A program made the position numbers and the translations under genes. Shown in pieces: positions 1-9,162 of a stretch of DNA of 32,000 nt. The notes under the pieces were generated by a model that was not told the origin of the DNA, ran no database searches, and worked only from the letters and a program-made list of their open reading frames with translations. The stretch comes from Nitratidesulfovibrio vulgaris str. Hildenborough (GTDB lineage: Bacteria > Desulfobacterota > Desulfovibrionia > Desulfovibrionales > Desulfovibrionaceae). Position 1 is the stretch's first letter. The number at the start of each line of letters is the position of its first letter. The stretch covers positions 3,000,001 through 3,032,000 of the forward strand of contig NC_002937.3 of the NCBI RefSeq assembly GCF_000195755.1, in the 5' to 3' direction.

Positions 1-1
1 G

Positions 2-379
2 GCCGTACATTGCACCCAGTGCACCGCCGATGACGCGGCCCTGCTCGCCGCCTCGGGCACGTGGGCCTGCCTGTGCCCGCGCTCCAACGCCGTCATCGGT
101 GAGGGCGCACCGCCCGTGCGCCAGCTCATCGAAGCCGGAGTGGGCCTCTGCTGCGGCACGGACAGCCTCGCCTCGAACCACGACCTCGACCTGTGGAACG
201 AGGTACGCACGTTGCGCGACATGGCGGCCCTGCCCGCCGCCGCGCCCCTGCGCATGGCCACCGTCAACGGCGCCGCGGCGCTCGGACTCGCCCACCTCGG
301 CACGCTCGAACCCGGCAGACGCGCGGCCTTCGCCCTCCTGCCCGACGACCTTTCCCGGGACATCCCGGCAACCGCATAA
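2..379 (+). CDS. Amidohydrolase-superfamily protein (metal-dependent deaminase/chlorohydrolase-like), C-terminal fragment; 5' end lies outside the window
   Basis: Frame 2 is open from the window edge to TAA at 377-379. My translation reads [67 protein letters not shown]...TVNGAAALG. The GTDS..SN and NGA.ALG segments are typical of the C-terminal part of this superfamily. Confidence 0.6.
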   Translation, partial: AVHCTQCTADDAALLAASGTWACLCPRSNAVIGEGAPPVRQLIEAGVGLCCGTDSLASNHDLDLWNEVRTLRDMAALPAAAPLRMATVNGAAALGLAHLGTLEPGRRAAFALLPDDLSRDIPATA

Positions 380-392
380 CCCAGTGGACACC

Positions 393-1346
393 ATGCAGAA
401 CGAGACCCGTAGCCTATGGCCCCACAAGGACCTGCTGGACGTGGACCAGCTCTCGAAGGACGAGCTTCTCCACCTCCTCGACACGGCGGCACAGTTCCAC
501 GAGATCAACCGCCGTCCGGTCAAGAAGGTGCCCACACTCAAGGGCAAGAGCGTCATCCTCTTCTTCGCCGAACCCAGCACACGCACCAAGACCTCGTTCG
601 ACGTGGCGGGCAAGCGTCTGTCGGCCGACACCTTCTCGCTCGCCAAGAGCGGGTCGAGCCTCCAGAAGGGCGAGAGCCTGAAGGACACGGCGCTCACGCT
701 CGAAGCCATGAACCCCGACGTGCTGGTCATCCGCCACTCGTCCAGCGGGGCGGCGCGCTTTCTCGCCGAACGGCTGGCCTGCGGCGTGGTCAACGCGGGC
801 GACGGCTGGCACGCACACCCCACACAGGCGCTGCTCGACTGCTATTCGCTGCGTCAGGTATGGGGCGACACCTTCGAGGGACGCACGCTGTGCATCCTCG
901 GCGACATCGCCCATAGCCGCGTGGCACGATCCAACGTGAAGCTGCTCACCTCGCTGGGTGTGCGCGTGCGACTGTGCGCCCCGCGCACCCTTCTGCCCGC
1001 GGGCGTGGGCAACTGGCCCGTGGAGGTGTTCACCGACCTCGATGCCGCCGTGCGCGACGCCGACGCGGTCATGTGCCTGCGCCTGCAACTGGAACGCCAG
1101 CAGGCGGGACTTCTGCCCGACCTGCGCGAATACTCCAACCGCTACTGCCTCACCCCGCGCCGCCTCGAACTGGCGAAGCCGGAGGCCAAGGTGCTGCACC
1201 CCGGCCCCATGAATCGCGGACTCGAAATCGCCTCGTCCATCGCAGACGCCCCCGCCAGCCTCGTCCTCGACCAGGTCGCCGCCGGGGTCGCCACGCGCAT
1301 GGCCATCCTCTTCCTTCTCGCAACCCGAACGGACGGAGGCCGCTGA
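393..1346 (+). CDS. pyrB: Aspartate carbamoyltransferase catalytic subunit
   Basis: The internal ATG at 393 of ORF 30..1346 gives [15 protein letters not shown]... The protein carries the carbamoyl-phosphate motif [13 protein letters not shown], plus HPTQALLD and HPGPMNRG. The upstream 121 codons of the ORF are Arg/Pro/Ala-rich junk that overlaps the preceding gene. Confidence 0.93.
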   Translation: MQNETRSLWPHKDLLDVDQLSKDELLHLLDTAAQFHEINRRPVKKVPTLKGKSVILFFAEPSTRTKTSFDVAGKRLSADTFSLAKSGSSLQKGESLKDTALTLEAMNPDVLVIRHSSSGAARFLAERLACGVVNAGDGWHAHPTQALLDCYSLRQVWGDTFEGRTLCILGDIAHSRVARSNVKLLTSLGVRVRLCAPRTLLPAGVGNWPVEVFTDLDAAVRDADAVMCLRLQLERQQAGLLPDLREYSNRYCLTPRRLELAKPEAKVLHPGPMNRGLEIASSIADAPASLVLDQVAAGVATRMAILFLLATRTDGGR

Positions 1347-2614
1347 TGTCCGACATCCTCTTCCTGCGTAACGCCCGCCTGCTGGGCACCCCCGTCGACC
1401 TCATCGCAAGGGATGGCGTCATTGCCGCCATCGGCGAGCACGGCACCCTCGACACCCCCGCCGACGCCACCGTCCATGACGCCGGGGGGCACATCCTCTT
1501 TCCCAGCTTCATCGACGCGCACGTCCACCTGCGCGAACCCGGCTTCGAGTACAAGGAGGACATCGCCTCCGGCCTCGCCGCAGCAGCCCACGGCGGCTTC
1601 GGTGCGGTGATGTGCATGGCCAACACCAGGCCCGTGAACGACGATGCCGCCGTCACGCGCCACATCATCGAGACGTCCCTGCGCCACTGGCCCCACGGGC
1701 CGCGCGTGTACCCGGTGGGAGCAGCCACCGTGGGCCTCAAGGGTACGGAACTCGCACCCATGGCCGAACTCGCCGCCGCGGGCTGCGCCGCCTTCTCCAA
1801 CGACGGTGCACCGGTGCCCGACACCGAGATGTTCCGCCGTGCCGTGGAGTACGCCGCCGACCTCGGCCGCGTGGTCATCGACCACTGCGAAGACCCCTAT
1901 CTGGCCAAGGGCGCGCACATGAACGAAGGGGCCACCAGCGGGCGCGTGGGCGTCAAGGGCCAGCCCGACGTGGGCGAGGCGCTGCACGTGGCGCGCGACA
2001 TCCTGCTGGCCGACTATCTCGGGCTGCCCATCCACCTTGCGCACATCTCGTGCCGCCGTTCGGTGGAACTCATCGCGTGGGCCAAGGTGCGGGGCGTGCC
2101 CGTCACAGCCGAGACCTGCCCCCACTATCTCATTCTCGACGACACCGCGCTGGAGAATTACGACACCAACGCCAAGGTCAACCCGCCCCTGCGCACCCCC
2201 GACGACGTGGCGGCCCTGCGTGAGGCCGTCAAAAGCGGTGTCATCGACATGTTCGTCACCGACCACGCACCGCACGCGGCGCATGAGAAGGAGACCCCGC
2301 TGGACGAGGCCCCCAACGGCATCTCCGGTCTCGACACCGCCGTGGCCCTGACGTGGGGGCTGGTGCGCGAAGGGCTGCTCACCGAGGGCGACCTCGTGCG
2401 ATTGTGGAACCGCGAACCCGCCCGCGTGTTCGGACTGCCCCGCAACGGCTTCGAACCGGGCGACCCCGCGGACTTCTTCCTCTTCGACCCCGACGAGGCG
2501 TGGGTGGTGTCGCGTGAGACCATGCACTCGAAGAGTTGCAACACGCCCTTCCTCGGCCATACGCTCACCGGCAGGGTCAAGGCCCACTGGATGGGCGGCA
2601 GGCGCATCGCCTGA
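1346..2614 (+). CDS. pyrC: Dihydroorotase (type I, about 422 aa)
   Basis: ATG at 1346 overlaps the pyrB TGA by 1 nt (TGATG), suggesting translational coupling. The protein starts [14 protein letters not shown]... and has the metal-binding motif DAHVHLREPG, then ...HLAHIS..., ...VTDHAPH. Synteny with pyrB supports the call. Confidence 0.9.
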   Translation: MSDILFLRNARLLGTPVDLIARDGVIAAIGEHGTLDTPADATVHDAGGHILFPSFIDAHVHLREPGFEYKEDIASGLAAAAHGGFGAVMCMANTRPVNDDAAVTRHIIETSLRHWPHGPRVYPVGAATVGLKGTELAPMAELAAAGCAAFSNDGAPVPDTEMFRRAVEYAADLGRVVIDHCEDPYLAKGAHMNEGATSGRVGVKGQPDVGEALHVARDILLADYLGLPIHLAHISCRRSVELIAWAKVRGVPVTAETCPHYLILDDTALENYDTNAKVNPPLRTPDDVAALREAVKSGVIDMFVTDHAPHAAHEKETPLDEAPNGISGLDTAVALTWGLVREGLLTEGDLVRLWNREPARVFGLPRNGFEPGDPADFFLFDPDEAWVVSRETMHSKSCNTPFLGHTLTGRVKAHWMGGRRIA

Positions 2615-2646
2615 CGTGGAAAGGACGCCCGACGACAACCGACGCC

Positions 2647-2676
2647 GACGGGCAACGACGGGCAACGACGGGCACA
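2647..2676. repeat. 10-bp tandem repeat GACGGGCAAC x3 (third copy GACGGGCACA) in the pyrC 3' spacer
   Basis: Read directly from the sequence: gacgggcaac gacgggcaac gacgggcaca. Related cgacg motifs lie just upstream. Confidence 0.8.
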
Positions 2677-2931
2677 GGCTGGCACGGGCCGGGAATCCCT
2701 CGCCCCGACAGACAGAGGGAACAGTCCCGAGGTGAAGCACCTGCAAGGCGCAGGTGACGGTACGGGCGTGGCAGGACGGGTTGCGTCCCCCTGCCGCCCT
2801 TGACATTTCGCCCCGCACTTGTGATGCAGACCCGTAGCGGAATATCCCGATGCGGCGCGCCGTGCGCGCCGCTCACCTGTTTTGCACAGCCGCCCTGCCA
2901 GCCGGGGCTTCATAAAGATCAGGAGGAACGG

Positions 2932-4260
2932 ATGACGCAGCCTTTCAAGGACGCCATCTCCATTTGCAAGACCATCCTGCGTAACGGTTACGACGCCTAC
3001 GTCGTCAACATGCGCCTTCAGTCCGAGCTCATGGCCGAAGACAAGCGCATGGAGATCGACCTCGCCTGCGAATGCGACTTCGATGAGATCGCCCGTCTCT
3101 TCCCCAACGCGACACGTTCCGACGAGGAAGGCGTGCTGGCGATGCTCGAGGAAGGCGGCGTCGCCCACCGCTTCTACCTCACCGACACCGAAGAGTCGTC
3201 GTACCCCGACCGCACGCTCATGCGCATCACCCCGCACATGGTCGCGAGGTTGCAGGCACTGGGCAAGGCCCATTCGAGCCTCACACTGCCGTATGGTGCG
3301 GCCGCACCGCACGACAGCGACGACTTCGAGAGCTTCGACAAGGGCATCATCCGCCTGCGCGGCCTGCCCGACGAGACCCTGCGCCGCAACTACCTGCTTG
3401 CCGTGCGTGCCATACGCTACGCCGCCAACCTCGACATGGAAATCGACCCCGTGACGTGGATAGCCATCGTGCGCAGTGCGGGCCGCGTGCTCGACTACGT
3501 GCCGGTGTCCGACATCGTGGCCGAATGGCAGATGGTCGAGGCCGAGACCATGTGGAAGTTCGTACGCCTGCTCTTCGACGCGCAGCTGCTGCACGGTCTG
3601 CTGCCCGAAGTGGCGGCCCTCGCCCGTGTGCGCCAGAGTCGCAACGACAGCGGCGACACCGAGACGGTGCTCGACCACACCATCGAATGCATGCGCCACT
3701 ACCCCGAAGAGGGGTTCCACCACGACTGGTACGGAACGCTGGCCATGCTCTTCCACGATGTGGGCAAGCTCTTCACCGCCGACTTCCACGACGGGCAGTG
3801 GACCTTCTACCAGCATCACCGCGTGGGGGCCAAGGTCACCCGCCGCCTGCTGCACCGCCTGCACCTGCCCGCGCAGGAGGTCGACCTCATCTGCCATCTC
3901 GTGCGGCATCACATGCGATTCCACTTCATGCTCACCGACAAGGGCATCCGCCGCTTCGCCGCGCTGGATGAGTACCCGCGTCTCATGGAGATGGCACGTG
4001 CGGACATCAAGGCTCGTGACGGCAGCTACACCTACTTCAACCACAACCAGAAGTACCTCGAACGCGCCGCCACACCGGAACAGATGCTCGAACCGCTGCT
4101 CAACGGCAACGAAATCATGCAGCACACCGGTCTGCATCCCGGCCCGCAGGTGGGCCTTATCCGCGATGCCCTGCTCAACGCGCAGGTCACCGGGGCCGTG
4201 GCCGACGTCAACGACGCCGTGGCCTTCATCAAGGAATACAAGCGCCAGTACTTCAGCTAG
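2932..4260 (+). CDS. Poly(A) polymerase / CCA-adding enzyme family protein with C-terminal HD domain; nucleotidyltransferase head motif degenerate
   Basis: ATG at 2932 sits 5 nt after AGGAGG (2921-2926). The segment LRRNYLLAVRAIRYAANL resembles the neck motif of class II CCA/PAP enzymes. The HD region reads LAMLFHDVGK...HHRVGA...HLVRHHMRF. Confidence 0.75.
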   Translation: MTQPFKDAISICKTILRNGYDAYVVNMRLQSELMAEDKRMEIDLACECDFDEIARLFPNATRSDEEGVLAMLEEGGVAHRFYLTDTEESSYPDRTLMRITPHMVARLQALGKAHSSLTLPYGAAAPHDSDDFESFDKGIIRLRGLPDETLRRNYLLAVRAIRYAANLDMEIDPVTWIAIVRSAGRVLDYVPVSDIVAEWQMVEAETMWKFVRLLFDAQLLHGLLPEVAALARVRQSRNDSGDTETVLDHTIECMRHYPEEGFHHDWYGTLAMLFHDVGKLFTADFHDGQWTFYQHHRVGAKVTRRLLHRLHLPAQEVDLICHLVRHHMRFHFMLTDKGIRRFAALDEYPRLMEMARADIKARDGSYTYFNHNQKYLERAATPEQMLEPLLNGNEIMQHTGLHPGPQVGLIRDALLNAQVTGAVADVNDAVAFIKEYKRQYFS

Positions 4261-4363
4261 GGCTGCCGTAGCGGCGGCAGCGCACACATATGCCCTGCCT
4301 TGCCGCGCCGGATTCGAACCTGATGCAGTCCTGACGGCCTGAAGCCCTTGCAGACGAAGCGTT

Positions 4364-4402
4364 CCGGGCCGGGAGGAGAACCTCCCGGCCCGGTCTTCCT
4401 TC
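4364..4402 (+). terminator. Rho-independent-type terminator downstream of the HD-domain gene
   Basis: Perfect 13-bp stem CCGGGCCGGGAGG / CCTCCCGGCCCGG with an AGAA loop, followed by the pyrimidine-rich tail TCTTCCTTC. Confidence 0.6.
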
Positions 4403-4733
4403 ACCGGGCGCGTCACTCCCCGCCGGTCGTACCGCGCATGAGGGGCTTCCCCTTCGGCGCGTTATCCCGTATTGCCACGCCACACGGTTTCCGTTCATTC
4501 GGTCTCTTCCCCGCACCTTCACCGGACTCGACGACCTTGCGCACCCTCCCGCCTGTTCACGGCGACATCAGGGAAGCGCACCCGATGGACGGCACAGGCC
4601 TTCTGTCCCGCGCCGGCAGGCGTACGATGAACGACCGCATGCCATCGCCACGACAGCCATGACTGCTGGCGATTCCCCTTTTCGCAGCACGCGCCAAGCG
4701 CGTCACACCACAAGCCCACAAGGGCAGAGGAAC

Positions 4734-5828
4734 ATGACAGACATCCTCAACCTCACCTATGAAGAGCTTGAAGCCTTCATGACCGCTGAACTGGGCGAAC
4801 CCCGGTTCCGTGCGCGTCAGGTATGGCAATGGCTGTGGCAGAAATGCGCCCGCAGCTTCGACGAGATGACCAACGTCTCCAAGGCGACCCGCGCCCGGCT
4901 GGCCGAAAAGGCCGTCATCACGTGGCCCGAGGTCGAGACCGTGCAGAAGAGTGCCGACGGCACGACCAAGTTCCTTCTGCGCCTCGCCGACGGTGCGCTG
5001 GTCGAGACGGTTCTCATCCCCAGCGCCTCACGCGAGGGCACGCTCCGCATCACCCAGTGCCTTTCGTGTCAGGTGGGTTGCGCCATGGGCTGCACCTTCT
5101 GCAGCACGGGCACCATGGGGTTCGAGCGCAACATGACCATGGGCGAGATACTGGGGCAGGTGCTCGTCGCACGCGCCCATCTCGGCGACTCGCGCCCCGA
5201 CCACCCCATCCTGCGCAACCTCGTCTTCATGGGCATGGGCGAACCCCTGCTCAACCTCAACGAGGTCATGCGCTCGCTGCGCACACTCAACGACGAATTC
5301 GGCCTGTCGTTCTCGCCACGCCGCATCACCGTCTCCACCTGCGGCATCGAGAAGGGACTGCGTGAACTCGGCGAAAGCGGTCTCGCCTTCCTTGCCGTCT
5401 CGCTGCACGCGCCCAATCAGGAAATCCGCAAGCGCATCATGCCCAAGGCCGCGCACTGGCATCTCGACGACCTCATCACCGCGCTGGAGAGTTACCCCCT
5501 CAAGACGCGCGAACGTGTGACCTTCGAGTACCTTCTGCTGGGCGGGGTGAACGACGGCATCGAACATGCCCGTGAACTGGTGCGCCTCGTCTCCCGGACC
5601 AAGGGCAAGCTCAACCTCATCGTCTACAACCCCGCCGAGGGCGACCCCTACGACGCCCCCACGCCGGAACGCATTCTCGCCTTCGAGCAGTACCTGTGGT
5701 CGAAGAACATCACCGCCATCATCCGCAAGAGCAAGGGGCAGGACATCAAGGCCGCCTGCGGGCAGCTCAAGGCCTCCGAGTTGCAGCGCGGCACGGCATC
5801 CGCCGGGGCCGATGCCCCCGAGGCCTAG
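4734..5828 (+). CDS. rlmN: Radical-SAM 23S rRNA (A2503-C2)/tRNA m2A methyltransferase RlmN
   Basis: ATG at 4734 gives MTDILNLTYEELEAFMTAELGEPRFRARQVWQWLW, a typical RlmN N-terminus. The radical-SAM cluster motif is CAMGCTFCSTG. The conserved C-terminal Cys lies in DIKAACGQL. Confidence 0.9.
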   Translation: MTDILNLTYEELEAFMTAELGEPRFRARQVWQWLWQKCARSFDEMTNVSKATRARLAEKAVITWPEVETVQKSADGTTKFLLRLADGALVETVLIPSASREGTLRITQCLSCQVGCAMGCTFCSTGTMGFERNMTMGEILGQVLVARAHLGDSRPDHPILRNLVFMGMGEPLLNLNEVMRSLRTLNDEFGLSFSPRRITVSTCGIEKGLRELGESGLAFLAVSLHAPNQEIRKRIMPKAAHWHLDDLITALESYPLKTRERVTFEYLLLGGVNDGIEHARELVRLVSRTKGKLNLIVYNPAEGDPYDAPTPERILAFEQYLWSKNITAIIRKSKGQDIKAACGQLKASELQRGTASAGADAPEA

Positions 5829-6040
5829 CCCCGCGGCAGTGCGGGCAGGGAACGACGCCCGACCATGCGCTGCCCTGACGTTCGACCGGGAATGCCCCAA
5901 GGTCGGCAGACGCTCCCGCGGGTTGCCTGCCGCTCATCATCGAGGGATGCCCGAGGGGCGGAACCTGCCGTTGCTGAAGCCTTGGGCAGCAGGATGACGG
6001 CGACCGCACACCGACTTTGCCATGGCATCAATGCCTACTA

Positions 6041-6077
6041 CGCCAAGGGGCCGCGCATGATGCGCGGCCCCTTGGCG
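6041..6077. terminator. Very stable hairpin between convergent rlmN and alcohol dehydrogenase genes (possible bidirectional terminator, no U-tract)
   Basis: CGCCAAGGGGCCGCGCA-TGA-TGCGCGGCCCCTTGGCG forms a perfect 17-bp stem. It lies 44 nt from the adh stop codon. Confidence 0.45.
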
Positions 6078-6121
6078 TAGATGTGCGTGACCGGCCACGC
6101 AGAACCCGCTTCGCGCAGGCG

Positions 6122-7300
6122 CTACAGGGCGCTCCTGAAGATGCGCTCCACCCGTTCCGGGGCAAGGCCGAGCGGACGGGGGTACTCCAGCGCGGCACGG
6201 ACGAGACCGGGGATGGCGTCCTCGCCCACGCCCCATGCGGCCAGACGGCGCGGGGCACCCCAGCGGTCGAAGGTGGCGCGCATGGCACGGATGCCCTCCA
6301 CAGCGCCTTCCACGCCCCACACGTTCCGTGCGAGGCGCTCGAACATCGGAGTGTGCTCCGATGCGACCTCCTCCATCCAGCAGGGGAAGAGCACCGCCAG
6401 CGCAGGGCCGTGGGGCACCTGCGGGAAATGCCCGCTCACCGCATGTTCGAGGGCATGCGAGACCCACGAACCGCCGCCAAGCCCCACCCCGGTCAGCCCG
6501 CACAGGCCAAGGCCCGCAGCCCACGCCAGCGACGCCCGCGCCGCATAGTCACCGGGTATGCGGCGCAACACCTCCACCGACCGGATGATGGAACGGAGAA
6601 GCGCCTCGTTCTGCGCCAGCACCGTCTCTTCCATGAAATACGTCCCACCGGGGATATCGAGGGCCTTCGCATCCACGCAGGGGGTTCCCGCCACCGCGAA
6701 TTCCAGCACGTGCGTCATGGCGTCCACGGCGCAGCCCACCGCCAGCGCGAGGGGTACGTCACGCTGATAGACCGGGTCGAGGAACGCCGCCACCGGCGTG
6801 GGGCCACGCAGCGACCATTTGCGCTGCTGCGCCATGTTGGTGATGACGGCCGTGCCGTTCATCTCCGCCCCCGTCCCTGACAGGGTGGGCACGGTGAACA
6901 CCGGCACCGCCGCGGTCGCCGTGGTGCGACGGGTGAAGTGGTCCCACGGGTCTCCGTCATGCAGGGCGCATACACCCGCAGCCTTGGCGGTATCCATGAC
7001 GCTGCCGCCGCCCACGGCGACGAAGCCCCCGGCCCCCGCATCACGCAACGCCTGTACGGCACGCAATACGCCGTCGAGGTCGGGGTTGGGACGCACCCCC
7101 TCGCACGGTGTCCATGCTACGCCCGCCGCCTCCAGAGAGGTCACCGCATCGCCGAATGCGCCGCAACGACGGGCAGCACCGCCCCCCGCGACGACGACAA
7201 CGGCCGAAAGTCCCGCGGCGCGAACACGTGCCCCGAGAGACGCGACCACGCCCCGACCGAAACGTACTTCCGTTGGGTTATGATAGACGAAATCCTTCAT
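6122..7300 (-). CDS. Iron-containing (group III) alcohol dehydrogenase, YqhD/butanol dehydrogenase-like
   Basis: 392-aa ORF with GGAGG 5 nt upstream of the ATG. It has the GGGSVMDTAK dinucleotide/metal motif and His-rich metal ligands (HVLE..., HALEHAVSGH). Confidence 0.85.
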   Translation of the reverse strand: MKDFVYHNPTEVRFGRGVVASLGARVRAAGLSAVVVVAGGGAARRCGAFGDAVTSLEAAGVAWTPCEGVRPNPDLDGVLRAVQALRDAGAGGFVAVGGGSVMDTAKAAGVCALHDGDPWDHFTRRTTATAAVPVFTVPTLSGTGAEMNGTAVITNMAQQRKWSLRGPTPVAAFLDPVYQRDVPLALAVGCAVDAMTHVLEFAVAGTPCVDAKALDIPGGTYFMEETVLAQNEALLRSIIRSVEVLRRIPGDYAARASLAWAAGLGLCGLTGVGLGGGSWVSHALEHAVSGHFPQVPHGPALAVLFPCWMEEVASEHTPMFERLARNVWGVEGAVEGIRAMRATFDRWGAPRRLAAWGVGEDAIPGLVRAALEYPRPLGLAPERVERIFRSAL

Positions 7301-7578
7301 GATGCCTCCATGTCCTCGCGAACGACAATGCTATGCAGCCCCGTACCGGGGAAACCGGCAAGGCAGCACACGCCGCCTCACGCAGGGTGTGCGCCGTCCT
7401 CGCCGCCCGTACGCCGGGAAGCGAGACTTCGCCCCTCGCGATGGCAACCCCGTTGCCCGGTCGCATGGGCTGCGACCTTCATGACTCTCCCGCGTGACGC
7501 GGGGGGAAAGACACCTCCCGTACGCCACAACAGCCTCGTCATCAATGCCGGGGCTGCCGCAGGCGGACACTGCGCAGG

Positions 7579-9162
7579 TCAACGGCAGAGCACTTCGGGC
7601 AGTTCCTCCCATGCCGTGGTGTAGCGCGGCGAACGGTACTTCTGGCTCATATGCCACGCGGCACCGGGGTCGCCTTCCGCACCGTGGCGGATACTCCCGC
7701 GCCCGTGCCGTAGGTTGACGGCATCCAGCGCGGCCATGAGTCGTTCGCGTCGCGCCTTGTGCTCGTGCGAACCGTCGAGGAGGTCGAGAAGGCTCCCCTG
7801 CCGCCCCGCAGCCGGTTCGAGTCCGAACAGCGTGACCCCCGCCTTGGCGTAGAGATAGCCCTCACGGAAGATGCGCTCCAGCCCCGTGAGGGCGTGTCGT
7901 ATGCACAGGCCCGTGTCCGCCGTGGGGCAAGGCAGGGTGATGGTCGTCGTCTCGTCGTAACGTGGTCGTTCGGTGTGCCGCGGCGTGCGGATATGCACCT
8001 CGATGCACGACGCCACAAGCCCTTCGGCGCGCGCCTTGGCCACCGCCCGTGCGGTGAACGTGGCGACCGCCTCCCGCAGGGGCTCCAAGGTGCGCACCAT
8101 CTGACCGAACGAACGGGATGAGCGGATGGAACGACGCGGCACGGGCAGGTCGTCATCCGTGAGGCACGGCATTCCCCGCAACTCCTGCTGCGTGCGCCAG
8201 CCCGTGACGGTCATGCGCTGCCGCACCCACAGGGGGTCTGCGTCGCGCAGCGCCCGCGCGGTGAGAATGCCACGCCCCCGCAGCATCTCCGCACTCCGGC
8301 GCCCCACGCCCCACACATCGCCCACATCCACGCTGGCGAGTACCCTGTCCATGTCCACCGTCTCCGGGGTCAGGTCGAAGACATTCCCATACGCGGAGTC
8401 CTGCTTGGAAAGCCTGTTGGCAAGCTTGGCGAGGGTCCGCGTGGGGCCGACGCCCACCGACACGGGAATGCCCACCCATTGCGCCACGCGCTGCCGCAGG
8501 GTGCGCCCCACAGCTACGGGGTCGGCGGCAAGTGCCGCAGGCAACGGGATGAACGCCTCGTCGATGGAATAGACCTCGACCCGGGGCACCACCGTCGCCA
8601 GTGTGCGCATGACCCGTTGCGAGAGGTCGCCGTACAGGGCGTAATTGGACGAGAACACAGCCACGTCGTGGGCACGCAGCATGTCGCGCACCTTGAACTC
8701 CGGTGCCCCCATGGGCACGCCGAGTGCCTTGGCTTCGGCGGAACGCGCGATGACACAGCCGTCGTTGTTGGAAAGCACCACGACCGGACGCCCCTTGAGG
8801 TCGGGCCTGAAAAGCCGTTCGCACGAGGCGTAGAAGTTGTTGCAGTCCACCAGCGCCCACAGGACGCCCCCCCGCGGCAGGCGTCGGGCCTCCCCGCGTG
8901 ATGCGGCCGTCGAGGTTGCCCCTGTGGTCTCGTCTGGCCCGAAGGTTCCGCATGGCTCTTGTGATTCAGGCGGCCCATGCACTGCAGCAGGTGGTTTGAG
9001 TGCTTCAGAAGTGCTCACACCGGCACTCCCCGCAATACCGGAGACGCCCCGCTGGGCGTGCGCCATTCGCCATTGTTGCCGCCGACGCCGTAACTCCGCG
9101 CACCATCGTGCCCCGCTTCGCATCAACAGACAAGGATGCGGCGAGGGGGCGAGTCGTGTCAC
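7579..9162 (-). CDS. umuC: Y-family translesion DNA polymerase, UmuC (coordinates are the ORF limits; the conserved core begins at 8862 and the start codon is uncertain)
   Basis: The core reads LWALVDCNNFYASCERLFRPDLKGRPVVVLSNNDGCVIARSAEAKALGVPMG...SIDEAF. This is colinear with E. coli UmuC as I recall it, and the gene lies directly downstream of umuD. The first 100 codons of the ORF are low-complexity with low GC3. Confidence 0.85.
   Translation of the reverse strand: MTRLAPSPHPCLLMRSGARWCAELRRRRQQWRMAHAQRGVSGIAGSAGVSTSEALKPPAAVHGPPESQEPCGTFGPDETTGATSTAASRGEARRLPRGGVLWALVDCNNFYASCERLFRPDLKGRPVVVLSNNDGCVIARSAEAKALGVPMGAPEFKVRDMLRAHDVAVFSSNYALYGDLSQRVMRTLATVVPRVEVYSIDEAFIPLPAALAADPVAVGRTLRQRVAQWVGIPVSVGVGPTRTLAKLANRLSKQDSAYGNVFDLTPETVDMDRVLASVDVGDVWGVGRRSAEMLRGRGILTARALRDADPLWVRQRMTVTGWRTQQELRGMPCLTDDDLPVPRRSIRSSRSFGQMVRTLEPLREAVATFTARAVAKARAEGLVASCIEVHIRTPRHTERPRYDETTTITLPCPTADTGLCIRHALTGLERIFREGYLYAKAGVTLFGLEPAAGRQGSLLDLLDGSHEHKARRERLMAALDAVNLRHGRGSIRHGAEGDPGAAWHMSQKYRSPRYTTAWEELPEVLCR

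Noticed and set aside
30-392. N-terminal 121 codons of ORF 30..1346 upstream of the pyrB Met. The same applies to the 5' extensions of ORFs 974.., 2800.., 4659.., 16068.., 17088.., 22325.. and 23207..
   Set aside because: The extensions are Arg/Pro/Ser-rich, overlap the preceding gene or an intergenic region, and lack an SD. Internal starts give canonical family N-termini with proper ribosome-binding sites.
2647-2676. Short tandem repeat considered as a possible CRISPR-like or minisatellite array.
   Set aside because: There are only three contiguous 10-bp units with no spacers, which is far too short and simple for a CRISPR array.
4291-4370. Possible intact tRNA gene on the minus strand, flagged by the GGTTCGAATCC T-loop.
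   Set aside because: The T-stem has mismatches. No complementary acceptor 5' strand, D-arm or anticodon arm could be folded. I report only the 3' fragment as a low-interest finding.
4348-4662. 104-aa + strand ORF in the HD gene-rlmN spacer.
   Set aside because: It starts inside the terminator hairpin, its sequence is Pro/Arg/Ser-rich, and it has no SD.
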